Shown here: piece by piece, positions 17,142 through 25,674 of the stretch
How positions within the stretch are numbered: the stretch's first letter is position 1
Layout: each line of letters begins with the position of its first letter
Assembly: GCA_049997795.1 (NCBI GenBank)
Contig: JBEKVT010000002.1
Coordinates: 1,664 to 65,663, forward strand
Direction of reading: 5' to 3'
Length of the DNA stretch: 64,000 nt
Source: Minisyncoccia bacterium
Lineage (GTDB): Bacteria > Patescibacteriota > Minisyncoccia > Phycocordibacterales > PALSA-1337
Program-made: the position numbers and the translations under genes
Notes under the pieces: generated by a model
Seen by the model: the letters and a program-made list of their open reading frames with translations, nothing else
Told to the model about the DNA's origin: nothing
The model's database searches: none

Positions 17142-18145
17142 GATTTGCCTCCTTTATTGCCCCCTTGGGCCATGTTCACGATGGTGTCGCGAAGGACGAT
17201 TCCGCTGACCGGGTGTTCGCCCTTGCTCTCGATCTGCAGACGGTTGACGTGCTCGTCCCTGACGAGGCGCGCTTCGACCGCGGCATTCCAGGCAGCCTGC
17301 TCGTCGAGGCCGAGCTCCGTCATGAAGAGCTTTGCCGTGGCGATATCGCCCTTGGATTCCGTCGCTCGCGCGTCGGTCTCGTAGACGATGCTGACGGCGT
17401 CGGTCATGCTCTGGTTTATCTTTTCGGGGATGGTGGCTTCGATCTGCACGCCCTGGCATTCGACCCCGAATGATCTTTCCTCGAGCACTCCCTTATGGTC
17501 GCCGTCGCCCTTCAGATGCTTCTCGAGCTCTCTCGAGATCAAGTCGCCGTGCTGGACCAGCTCGATGAAGTTCAGGCCGGCTTTATGGTCCGCGCCTTCC
17601 ATGGTCTTGACCAGCCTTTGGACCTCGCGGTAGGGGATGCCCCCCATGAGTTCCTTGATCTTGTCCAGATCGCGGCCGCTCTGAATGTATGAATTCAGAT
17701 GTTCCTTGTCAGGCCGGGCGGGGATATGGACTCTCACCGGCACCGCCACCGACCGTTGGTTGCCCCTGTCGTCGACCGTGTCCTCCACGGTCAGGATTAT
17801 CATGTTGAAGACCCATTCCTTGCTCGTCATGTCGATGGGCTTGACGCCGATGAAGAACGGGAAGTAATCCGCCAGGATGACCTTGCCGCGCAGGGCTATG
17901 GTCTTCCTGGTGTCTTCCTTCGGAGTCTTCCGGCCGGTCTTCACGGCTCTGCCCCAGCAGGTGAGCATGCCGAGCTCCAACGGATCGGGGGAGAGATTGG
18001 TCCAGCCCAAGGCGATGGCGACGAACCCCAGGCCGCCCACCACGATCCCCGCCCGCGAGTGCAGGACGACGATCATGAAGATGCCGGCCGAGATCAGGGA
18101 TCCGATCCACGACAATATCCCTAACATTATCAGCAGCTTTTTCAT
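17138..18145 (-). CDS. SPFH/band-7 (stomatin/flotillin-like) membrane protein
   Basis: 335 aa; two N-terminal TM helices followed by SPFH-like region; charged coiled C-terminus. Confidence 0.5.
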   Translation of the reverse strand: MKKLLIMLGILSWIGSLISAGIFMIVVLHSRAGIVVGGLGFVAIALGWTNLSPDPLELGMLTCWGRAVKTGRKTPKEDTRKTIALRGKVILADYFPFFIGVKPIDMTSKEWVFNMIILTVEDTVDDRGNQRSVAVPVRVHIPARPDKEHLNSYIQSGRDLDKIKELMGGIPYREVQRLVKTMEGADHKAGLNFIELVQHGDLISRELEKHLKGDGDHKGVLEERSFGVECQGVQIEATIPEKINQSMTDAVSIVYETDARATESKGDIATAKLFMTELGLDEQAAWNAAVEARLVRDEHVNRLQIESKGEHPVSGIVLRDTIVNMAQGGNKGGKS

Positions 18146-18352
18146 AAATCCTTTCAGTTGCGAACCGCCCCCGCAAGCAGGGAAGCTCTGGTTTCTGGTT
18201 AAATTGTCAACGTGCGTCCGAGCGGGCGCACAACAATTCCGCTGCCTGAAATGGTATCATTTTTTGACTGCAATGTCAAGCTAGCCGAGGCCTTCGCTCG
18301 GGTGTTATACTTCCGCCATTATTTGACCGGCAGAATCATCCCAAAAACGAAC

Positions 18353-19078
18353 ATGGACCAGCGCTCCGAGCAGCCGTCGAAATATTCCGTGCCGATCGCC
18401 ATCATCATCGGTTCGTTCGTCATAGCCGGCGCCATCATGCTCTCAGGAGGGAAATACTCGACCGCGCCGACGGCCGCACCGAACAACGCTGTCCAACAAA
18501 GAGTCCAGCCGCCGGTGGATTCTTCCAAGGTCAACGCCCAGGGCGAGCCGTTCATAGGAGAGAAGAGCGCCCCGGTCATCATAGCCTACTGGTACGATTA
18601 TCAGTGCCCGTTCTGCAAGCAGAATGAAGAGACATCCATGACCGAGCTCCTCAAGGATTACGTGGATACGGGCAAGGCCAGGATCATCTTCAAGGATTTC
18701 CAGTTCCTCGGTCCGGACTCACAGACTCTGGGCAAGGTCTCGCGCGCCGTCTGGGAAGCGGCCCCGGATAAGTTCTATGCCTGGCACAAGGCCATCTTCG
18801 ATAACCAAGGACAGGAGGGAAGCGGCTGGGCTACCCAAGCGAAGATCCAGTCGATCACAGTCTCGGTCCTGGGACAGGCCGACGCGGCCAAGGCTCTGGC
18901 CTTGGCGGATCAGAACGCTGCGACGTATCAGAAAGAGATGGATGCCGACAAGACCGAGGCCGCGAGCTTCGGCGTGAACGGCACGCCGGCCATGGTGATA
19001 GGGAAGCTCCTGGTCACGGGAGCGGCGCCGTATGCGGAGATAAAGTCCGACATCGAGACGACGCTCGCGGGGAAATAA
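18353..19078 (+). CDS. DsbA-family thiol:disulfide oxidoreductase, membrane-anchored
   Basis: CPFC active site (WYDYQCPFCKQ), thioredoxin fold, FGVNGTPA near C-terminus; start moved to internal Met after TM-less leader. Confidence 0.7.
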   Translation: MDQRSEQPSKYSVPIAIIIGSFVIAGAIMLSGGKYSTAPTAAPNNAVQQRVQPPVDSSKVNAQGEPFIGEKSAPVIIAYWYDYQCPFCKQNEETSMTELLKDYVDTGKARIIFKDFQFLGPDSQTLGKVSRAVWEAAPDKFYAWHKAIFDNQGQEGSGWATQAKIQSITVSVLGQADAAKALALADQNAATYQKEMDADKTEAASFGVNGTPAMVIGKLLVTGAAPYAEIKSDIETTLAGK

Positions 19079-19090
19079 AAAGGGCCCGGC

Positions 19091-19369
19091 CTAAGCGGGG
19101 CCCTGATGAGAGGTGAGCGGAAGAGAAAGCTGTTTGCCTTCAGACTTGCCGCTGATCGTGCCGGAGCGAAGGTAACGAGCGACCATCCTCCTCATGTCTT
19201 CTCCGAATCGGTTCTGATACCCTTCATTCGTCTTATCGAAAGCGGCATTGAATGGCTTGCCGCACCTCATCCACTGAGCCACCACTCCGCTCAGCCGACG
19301 GACCCTGACCTCCAAAGGGTCTCCGTCGTCGATCCTTACGTAGTCGATTCTTGCGTATGAAGTAGTCAT
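19091..19369 (-). CDS. Hypothetical small protein (92 aa)
   Basis: Strong SD AAGGAGGT 4 nt upstream of ATG at 19369 (reverse strand); track ORF start at 19417 is an upstream TTG. Confidence 0.5.
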   Translation of the reverse strand: MTTSYARIDYVRIDDGDPLEVRVRRLSGVVAQWMRCGKPFNAAFDKTNEGYQNRFGEDMRRMVARYLRSGTISGKSEGKQLSLPLTSHQGPA

Positions 19370-19410
19370 GGTACCTCCTTTGTCTGCGATTGTATCATAT
19401 TTAAAACTTA

Positions 19411-19455
19411 AAGTCAAATAAATAAAACCCCCGCAGGAACCTGGTTCCTGCGGGG
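19411..19455 (-). terminator. Intrinsic terminator for minus-strand gene 19487-20518 (CCCCGCAGGAACC/GGTTCCTGCGGGG hairpin + U-run)
   Basis: Seen in sequence. Confidence 0.6.
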
Positions 19456-19486
19456 TATTCGATCCGTGGCCTGGGTAGGCCTCGGA

Positions 19487-20518
19487 TCATCTGTGGCCTC
19501 GATCGGTCCCGCGACCGTGAGGCGCCTGGCCGGTGTCAGGTCTTCGGCCGATATGGCTTGGCGGCTGGCCGCCGCGATTGCCGTGGAATCCGTTCGGCGC
19601 GCCGTTGCCGCGCCGGACGTAGTGGTTGGACAGACGCCATACGTGGCCCCAGCCGTCCCACCACCAGCCGTATTCGACATATCCGTACGGATCTTCGTAG
19701 TAATAGACCTCCCGGTCTTGTTGCGGATATGACTCCACGTACCATACCGCTTCCGGCGCTTGTGCCGGAGGGTTTTCGGCGCTCGGGACCTTGGGCGACT
19801 CGTCGACGATCGTCACGTTCGTAGTCACTTTCGTCACGGAGGAGGAGGCCTCGGTCTTGGCTGCCGGCTCTTTGTCTCCCCATGTCTTCTTTTCAAGTCC
19901 CTGCTTCGACTGGTTCAGCGCGTCGACGAGCGCCGCCTGACTGGCTTTGTAAGCAGTCTGGATGGAGTTGAGCGTCTCCACGTAAGCCGCCTTGGCGTTA
20001 TCCGCGTCGGCAGCTGCCGATCGTTTGGCGGTCCAGACCTCCAGGCTCTGTTGGACAGGTTGGAACAGCGCTGGCATCTTCGAGGCCATGAAGACGAAGC
20101 CGTAGAGCAGCAGGCCGACTCCGCCGGCGAGGGCGATACGATGCAAGATGCCTTCGTATGTCATATTGTCCTTGAATAGGCTCCGGGTCTTATTGGCCTC
20201 CGGTCTGCCTTCAGGCTCGACCGGAGCAGGCCCCGGAACCACTGCCGCTCCCGCCGCGGCCGGCGTTGCCGCCGGCACTGCCGGTGCCGGAACGGGGGCC
20301 GTTGCTTGCGAGGCTTCCTCGAGCAAAGTCACCCTGCGATTGAGGAACGACCATCTCCAGAAAAGGCTTTTGCAGTCCCTTCCGAGCCTGGTGATCTTGA
20401 CACTGAGCCGGATCAGCCCTCTGGAAAGACTGCCGTCCCTCAGCTTGGACAAGCGCTGGAGGCTTCCCACCTTCCTGAAAAGGTCGCGTAGCGAGATTTT
20501 CTTGGGCGACGTCTGCAT
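19487..20518 (-). CDS. Hypothetical membrane protein: basic N-terminus, Pro/Ala-rich linker, one TM, coiled-coil, aromatic-rich C-terminus (YYYEDPYGYVEYGWWWDGWGHVW)
   Basis: 343 aa; SD AAAGGAGGGG upstream of ATG 20518. Confidence 0.5.
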   Translation of the reverse strand: MQTSPKKISLRDLFRKVGSLQRLSKLRDGSLSRGLIRLSVKITRLGRDCKSLFWRWSFLNRRVTLLEEASQATAPVPAPAVPAATPAAAGAAVVPGPAPVEPEGRPEANKTRSLFKDNMTYEGILHRIALAGGVGLLLYGFVFMASKMPALFQPVQQSLEVWTAKRSAAADADNAKAAYVETLNSIQTAYKASQAALVDALNQSKQGLEKKTWGDKEPAAKTEASSSVTKVTTNVTIVDESPKVPSAENPPAQAPEAVWYVESYPQQDREVYYYEDPYGYVEYGWWWDGWGHVWRLSNHYVRRGNGAPNGFHGNRGGQPPSHIGRRPDTGQAPHGRGTDRGHR

Positions 20519-20663
20519 GACGCCCCTCCTTTCTTGGTTGTGGCCTCCGTTCGGACGGTGGCCATTATTGTTGAGTTTATTCGGTTATCAAAAGGTTGTC
20601 TGACAAAAGACAGCCGAACTATATTTGTCGGGATTATATATCAAGAAGATTGATAAGTCAAGG

Positions 20664-20745
20664 TGCCGGGGAGAGGACTCGAACCTCCATAGATTGCTCC
20701 ACATGCTCCTAAGGCATGCGCGTCTACCAATTTCGCCACCCCGGC
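20664..20745 (-). tRNA. tRNA-Leu (anticodon TAG), long variable arm
   Basis: Cloverleaf by eye: GCCGGGGTGGCGAAATTGGTAGACGC...GGTTCGAGTCCTCTCCCCGGCA. Confidence 0.8.
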
Positions 20746-20779
20746 ATTGACGAAGGACCCAACGCTCGGAACTGCCTTG

Positions 20780-20852
20780 TCCGCCCAGTTGGATTCGAAC
20801 CAACGACCAATCGCTTAAGAGGCGAGTGCTCTACCAGCTGAGCTATGGGCGG
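20780..20852 (-). tRNA. tRNA-Lys (anticodon CTT)
   Basis: CCGCCCATAGCTCAGCTGGTAGAGCACTCGCCTCTTAAGCG...GGTTCGAATCCAACTGGGCGGA. Confidence 0.8.
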
Positions 20853-21262
20853 GCGTCTCAAACGGGGAAAATATATCAGATTTTGGCGATATCGGCAATA
20901 AAAAAGCCTTGCGATCACCGATCGCAAGGCTTCGAACAAAATGCGCGTTCCCGTCAAAATGCCAGACGGGCCCGGACCTTCTTCAGCGTTTCCTGAATGG
21001 ACATCCGGAGGCCCTTCGGGGGAGGGGATGGCTCCGGAGTGATGACCGGATACGCCTCATGGCTCCAATGCTTGAAGACGAATCCGATCCTTTTGAAGAA
21101 CGCGACAACGTCGCCGAAATTCAAACGACGACTGCCGCGAAAAGAAATGACCTCGCCGTTTCTCGTGATCATGGTGAAGGTGCTAGGGGTTCTAGGTTGA
21201 AAGGTGCCAGGCCACACCTTACCAGCTTGAACGGAAACGCGCAATATGGCATACTATCCCGC

Positions 21263-21508
21263 ATGGTGAACCGAATGCGCGCCACGCGCAGCCACCGCGG
21301 CAACAGACGCTCGCATCACGCCCTAGACCGGGCGCGTTTGTCGAAGTGTCAGAATTGCGGAGCGCCGCACAGGAGCCACGTTGTCTGCATGAATTGCGGA
21401 TGGTACAAGGGCCGGAAAGTCCTTGATCTGGCCGCCAAGGCGGCAGCCAAGGCCAAGAAGGCCGTGCCTGCCGGCAAGCAGGCTGGGGCCGCGAAAAGCG
21501 CCGATTAG
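21263..21508 (+). CDS. rpmF: 50S ribosomal protein L32 with Lys/Ala-rich C-terminal extension
   Basis: MVNRMRATRSHRGNRRSHHAL...CQNCGAPHRSHVVCMNCGWYKGRKV; only the last 81 codons of the 199-aa track ORF. Confidence 0.8.
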   Translation: MVNRMRATRSHRGNRRSHHALDRARLSKCQNCGAPHRSHVVCMNCGWYKGRKVLDLAAKAAAKAKKAVPAGKQAGAAKSAD

Positions 21509-21597
21509 GTTCGCCAGACGCGCTGATTTTTGATCAATCCGATCGACCAGTGTTCCAGTCGATCGCGTCGACGAGGAATCAATCACTGCACATTAGC

Positions 21598-22509
21598 ATG
21601 GCCAATCGACATCTCTCCCGTTCCGTCGTCCTGCAGTCCCTTTTTGAATGGGATTTCTGCGGTCAGAAGCCGAAGGCCGTCCCGGCCATCGTCGAGAGGA
21701 ACGTCAAGGAATTCGCTCCCGGCCTCTCCGACATCTCTTTCGTCGGGGACCTCTTGAAAGGCGTCATCGGCAAGAGAAAGGAGATCGACGCCATCATCGA
21801 GAAGGCCGCTCCAGAATGGCCTCTAGACAAGATCTCTCCGGTGGACCGGAACGTCCTTCGATTAGGCCTCTACGAGCTCCTGTTCGCCGACCGCTCCGAA
21901 GTGCCGGCCAAGGTGGCCATCAACGAAGCCATCGAGCTCGGCAAGACTTTCGGCGGCGAGGCTTCCGGTCGTTTCGTGAACGGCGTCCTCGGGGCCGTCT
22001 ACAAGGAGCTCGGCGAGCCGGGCAAGGACGCCACGCCGGCCAAAGACAAGAAGAAAAGGCCGGCCGAAGTGCCGTACGAGAAGATGCCGGTCCAGCATTT
22101 GGGCGGAGCGGTGGTCTACGCAAGGAGCGGCAAGGACATATATCTGGCCTTCGTCCACGACATCTTCGGACACTGGACCCTGTCGAAGGGCAAGATCGCC
22201 GAAGGCATAGATCCGGCCGAGGGCACGATAAGCAAGGTCAAGGAGGAGATTGGCCTTTCCGTCACGATCAAGGCCGACCTCGGCACGAACGAGTACATCG
22301 CCAACGACCCGGAGATCGGCAAGCTCAGGAAACAAGTGCATTATTATCTGGCCGAAGCGCCCTTCGGAGATCTCGCCCTGGCCAAGAAGCCGGGCCTCGA
22401 CGACGCCAAGTGGTTCAAGCTCGCCGATATCCTCGAACTGAATTTCTACAACGACATCCTGCCGATCGTCACCAAGGCCATAACTATCCTGTCCCAGAAG
22501 GAAAAATGA
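21598..22509 (+). CDS. nusB: Transcription antitermination factor NusB fused to a C-terminal Nudix-like domain
   Basis: N-terminal 145 aa canonical NusB (LFEWDF...VDRNVLRLGLYELLF); C-terminal ~150 aa with degenerate Nudix box G-x...SKVKEEIGL. Confidence 0.7.
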   Translation: MANRHLSRSVVLQSLFEWDFCGQKPKAVPAIVERNVKEFAPGLSDISFVGDLLKGVIGKRKEIDAIIEKAAPEWPLDKISPVDRNVLRLGLYELLFADRSEVPAKVAINEAIELGKTFGGEASGRFVNGVLGAVYKELGEPGKDATPAKDKKKRPAEVPYEKMPVQHLGGAVVYARSGKDIYLAFVHDIFGHWTLSKGKIAEGIDPAEGTISKVKEEIGLSVTIKADLGTNEYIANDPEIGKLRKQVHYYLAEAPFGDLALAKKPGLDDAKWFKLADILELNFYNDILPIVTKAITILSQKEK

Positions 22510-22510
22510 C

Positions 22511-23209
22511 ATGAGCGCGAACTTCGAATCATTGGCGGAACATATCGGCGTCGATTTCGACGATATCTCGCTCCTTAGAGCCGCCTGCACCCACCGCTCT
22601 TACTTGAACGAGAACAAAGGCGCCGGCCTGGAGCACAATGAGCGCTTGGAATTCCTGGGCGACGCGGTCCTCGAGCTTGTCACGACAAGCTTCCTCTTCC
22701 GCAAATACCCGAAAAAATCGGAAGGGGAGCTGACCGCCTTCCGCTCGGCCATCGTCAATACGGTCTCTCTTACCAAGGTGGCGGAGCGCATCGGCCTGGA
22801 CGGCTTCATCCTCTTGTCCAAAGGCGAGGCCAAAGACACCGGCCGGGCCCGTTCGGTCATCATCGCCAACGCCGTCGAAGCCGTTATCGGCGCCATATAC
22901 ATCGACAAAGGATACGACGCCGCGGCCAATTTCATCTCCGATCACGTCCTTTACGTCATCGACATCGAGAATATCGTCGAGAACAAGTCCTGGCTCGACG
23001 CCAAGAGCCATTTCCAGGAGGCGGCCCAAGAAAAAGCCGGGGCCACGCCGACCTACCGGACTCTGAAAGAGACCGGCCCTGACCACGACAAGCACTTCGT
23101 CTTGGGCGTGTTCCTCGGCGACGTCCAAATAGCGACGGGGAGCGGCGCTTCGAAGCAGGAAGCCGAGCAGATGGCGGCCAAGAAGGCGCTCGAGGTCAAG
23201 GGTTGGTAG
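22511..23209 (+). CDS. rnc: Ribonuclease III
   Basis: ERLEFLGDAVLELVTT signature, C-terminal dsRBD. Confidence 0.9.
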   Translation: MSANFESLAEHIGVDFDDISLLRAACTHRSYLNENKGAGLEHNERLEFLGDAVLELVTTSFLFRKYPKKSEGELTAFRSAIVNTVSLTKVAERIGLDGFILLSKGEAKDTGRARSVIIANAVEAVIGAIYIDKGYDAAANFISDHVLYVIDIENIVENKSWLDAKSHFQEAAQEKAGATPTYRTLKETGPDHDKHFVLGVFLGDVQIATGSGASKQEAEQMAAKKALEVKGW

Positions 23210-23211
23210 CG

Positions 23212-23324
23212 GAACGGGAGAACATGCCTCTGAATGACATTCCCAGCGGGAGTTCGTCTGGGATATTTTCCTTTAGCCTTGGATCCGAATAAGTGGAGTC
23301 ATTCGGGGGCATGTTCTCCCGTTC
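23212..23324. repeat. Palindromic intergenic element, family copy b (reverse orientation), between rnc and smc
   Basis: Arms GAACGGGAGAACATGCC / GGCATGTTCTCCCGTTC; core in reverse complement TCCACTTATTCGG...CCCGCTGGGAATGT. Confidence 0.7.
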
Positions 23325-23346
23325 TGCGATACGCTATAATTCACTC

Positions 23347-25611
23347 GTGAACCTAAAATCCCTGGAATTGTCTGGCTTCAAGTCGTTCGCCAAGAAGGCG
23401 ACGCTTCATTTTAGCTCGCCGATAACCGGCATCGTTGGGCCCAACGGCTCCGGCAAATCGAACGTGGCCGAAGCCTTCCAGTTCGTCCTGGGCGAGCAAT
23501 CCATCAAGTCCCTGCGGGGCAAGCGCGGCGAAGACCTCATCTGGAACGGCGGCGGGAATGCCCCGGCCGGCACAGGCCGGGCCAACCGGGCCGGGGTCAA
23601 GCTCACCTTCGACAATTCGCGGCGGATGTTCCCGGCCGTGGACTTCGACGAGGTGGCCGTCGAGCGCGTCGTCCACCGCGATAACCTGAACGAATACATA
23701 TTGAACGGCAGCCAGGTTCGCCTGAAAGACATCGTCGAGATCCTCTCCGGCGCCCACATCGGCGCGACGGGCCATCACATCATCTCCCAAGGCGAAGCCG
23801 ACCGCATCCTGTCCGCCTCCATAAGAGAGCGGCGCGAGATGATCGAGGACGCCTTGGGCCTCAAGATCTACCAATGGAAGAAGCTCGAGAGCCTCCGAAA
23901 GCTCGAGCGGACCGACGAGAACATGAAGCAGGTCGAGTCGTTGCGCCGGGAGATCGCTCCTCACCTCAAGTTCCTTAAGAAGCAAGTCGAAAAGATCGAA
24001 AAGGCCGAATCGATGCGCTCAGAGCTCATCTCCCTGTACAAAGAATATTTTGGGAGGGAAGAGCGCCGCCTGAAGGCGGAAAGGGAGAGGCTGGAGCGCG
24101 GCTTGGCTGGGCCGAAGAAGGAACTGGCTGAGCTCGACCACGGCCTGGAGAAAGCCAAAGAAACCTTGACGGCTTCGAAGAACAAGGATCATAAGAGCGA
24201 CGAGATAGTGGCTCTCGAAGGCAAGCTTGCCGGCATCCGCGCCGAGAAAGACGCAGTCACCCGAAAGCTGGGACGCCTCGAAGGCGAGATGAACGCCGAC
24301 AAGAGAGCCATCGAGAAGGAGAAAGAGAGGCAGAAGAGGGACGAGTTCAAGACGGTCTATCTGAAGGATCTCGAGGAAGTCGTGGCCAAGATCGAATCCT
24401 TTGAGTCCATCACCGAAGCCGGCAGATTATTCTCTGAAACCATCGGCCTGCTTAAGGCATTTATCGCCAAGCACCGCGGCGCGCCGGATTCTTCCTTGGT
24501 CGGCGAGGCGGAAAGGGAGATCGAGGCGCTCTCCAAAGAAAGGTCTGGTCACGAAGAGAGGCTCGAAGCTCTCAGCGCTTCCGAATCGGAGGTTTCGGCC
24601 GAGTACGACAGCCTGAAGAAAGCCATCGAGAAAGAGAAAGACACCGACCGGGACGCCGAGAAAGACGTCTTCAGGATCATCGCCAGGCAGAACGAGGTAC
24701 GGGCCGTCGTCTCGAGCCTTTCCACGGAGCTCGACGCCGTCGGACGCGACGAGGCGGCCATGAAACGCGAACTCGGCGAAGCCGGTTCGATAGCCGGGCG
24801 GCAAGCCCTGGATTACGCCGGCACGGCGGCGCCGGCCGGAGAAGCGAAGGAAGTCCAGGAAGAGAGGAAGAAGAGGATCGAGAAGCTCAAGATCCGCCTG
24901 GAGGACGCCGGCGGCGGCGATCTCGAGGTCATGAAGGAATACAAAGAAACCGAGGAGCGGGACGCCTTCCTCGGACGCGAGCTCGGAGATCTCGACAAGG
25001 CCGGCAAGGAATTGAGGCAGCTCGTCGCCGATCTCGAGACGCGGATAGATTCGGAATTCAAGAGCGGCGTATCGAAGATCAACGCCGAGTTCCAGAAGTT
25101 CTTCACGCTGATGTTCGGCGGAGGTAGGGCGGAGCTCTACGTCGTCAAGGAGCCGAAACGCCGCAAGAGGAGCGAGACGGAAGAGCTCGGGGAAGCCCTA
25201 TCCAGCGGCGAGGAGGAACTGGGAAAAGGCGAGGATGAAGACGAAGAAGAAGGCCCTGAAGGCCTGGAGATAGACGTCAGCCTCCCCAGGAAGAAAGTGA
25301 AAGGCCTGATGATGCTCTCCGGCGGCGAACGGGCCCTGACCTCGATCGCCCTTCTCTTCGCCGTCTCCCAAGTCAATCCGCCGCCTTTTATCGTCCTCGA
25401 CGAGACTGACGCGGCCCTCGACGAGGCCAACTCGAGGAAATACGGCGACATGATCAAGGACCTTTCCAAGCGCTCCCAGCTCATCTTGATCACCCACAAT
25501 CGGGAGACGATGTCTCGGGCCGGCGTCCTCTACGGCGTCACTATGGGAAGCGATGGGGCGTCGAAGCTCCTTTCGATCGCCTTCGAAGAGGCGGTACGAG
25601 TGGCGAAGTAA
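23347..25611 (+). CDS. smc: SMC-family ATPase, short (754 aa) hinge-less form in conserved rnc-smc position
   Basis: N-terminal VNLKSLELSGFKSF...GPNGSGKSN Walker A; C-terminal LSGGERALTSIALLFA signature, FIVLDETDAALD Walker B; GTG start 6 nt after TATAAT (23335-23340); start is my choice (the track's 23293 start lies in the palindrome). Confidence 0.8.
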   Translation: MNLKSLELSGFKSFAKKATLHFSSPITGIVGPNGSGKSNVAEAFQFVLGEQSIKSLRGKRGEDLIWNGGGNAPAGTGRANRAGVKLTFDNSRRMFPAVDFDEVAVERVVHRDNLNEYILNGSQVRLKDIVEILSGAHIGATGHHIISQGEADRILSASIRERREMIEDALGLKIYQWKKLESLRKLERTDENMKQVESLRREIAPHLKFLKKQVEKIEKAESMRSELISLYKEYFGREERRLKAERERLERGLAGPKKELAELDHGLEKAKETLTASKNKDHKSDEIVALEGKLAGIRAEKDAVTRKLGRLEGEMNADKRAIEKEKERQKRDEFKTVYLKDLEEVVAKIESFESITEAGRLFSETIGLLKAFIAKHRGAPDSSLVGEAEREIEALSKERSGHEERLEALSASESEVSAEYDSLKKAIEKEKDTDRDAEKDVFRIIARQNEVRAVVSSLSTELDAVGRDEAAMKRELGEAGSIAGRQALDYAGTAAPAGEAKEVQEERKKRIEKLKIRLEDAGGGDLEVMKEYKETEERDAFLGRELGDLDKAGKELRQLVADLETRIDSEFKSGVSKINAEFQKFFTLMFGGGRAELYVVKEPKRRKRSETEELGEALSSGEEELGKGEDEDEEEGPEGLEIDVSLPRKKVKGLMMLSGGERALTSIALLFAVSQVNPPPFIVLDETDAALDEANSRKYGDMIKDLSKRSQLILITHNRETMSRAGVLYGVTMGSDGASKLLSIAFEEAVRVAK

Positions 25612-25674
25612 GGAACGCTTCAAGAGCCGGAACGGCCTTTACATTTGGGCCGTTTCCTTTTAGACTGCAGATAT

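Noticed and set aside
20909-21508. 199-aa ORF as a single gene
   Set aside because: Only the last 81 codons match ribosomal protein L32. The upstream portion has no family resemblance and precedes the promoter-like TACTAT box. The antisense 96-aa ORF 20954-21244 was also considered but has no support.
21648-22514. 288-aa Arg-rich plus-strand ORF
   Set aside because: It is an alternative frame of nusB (GC-rich frame artefact, ~25% Arg); the frame starting at 21598 gives a canonical NusB.
23293-23346. Upstream in-frame start codons for smc (GTG 23293, ATG 23311)
   Set aside because: Both lie within the palindromic element and add residues absent from the canonical SMC N-terminus. TATAAT-6-GTG at 23347 fits the leaderless pattern seen at other genes.
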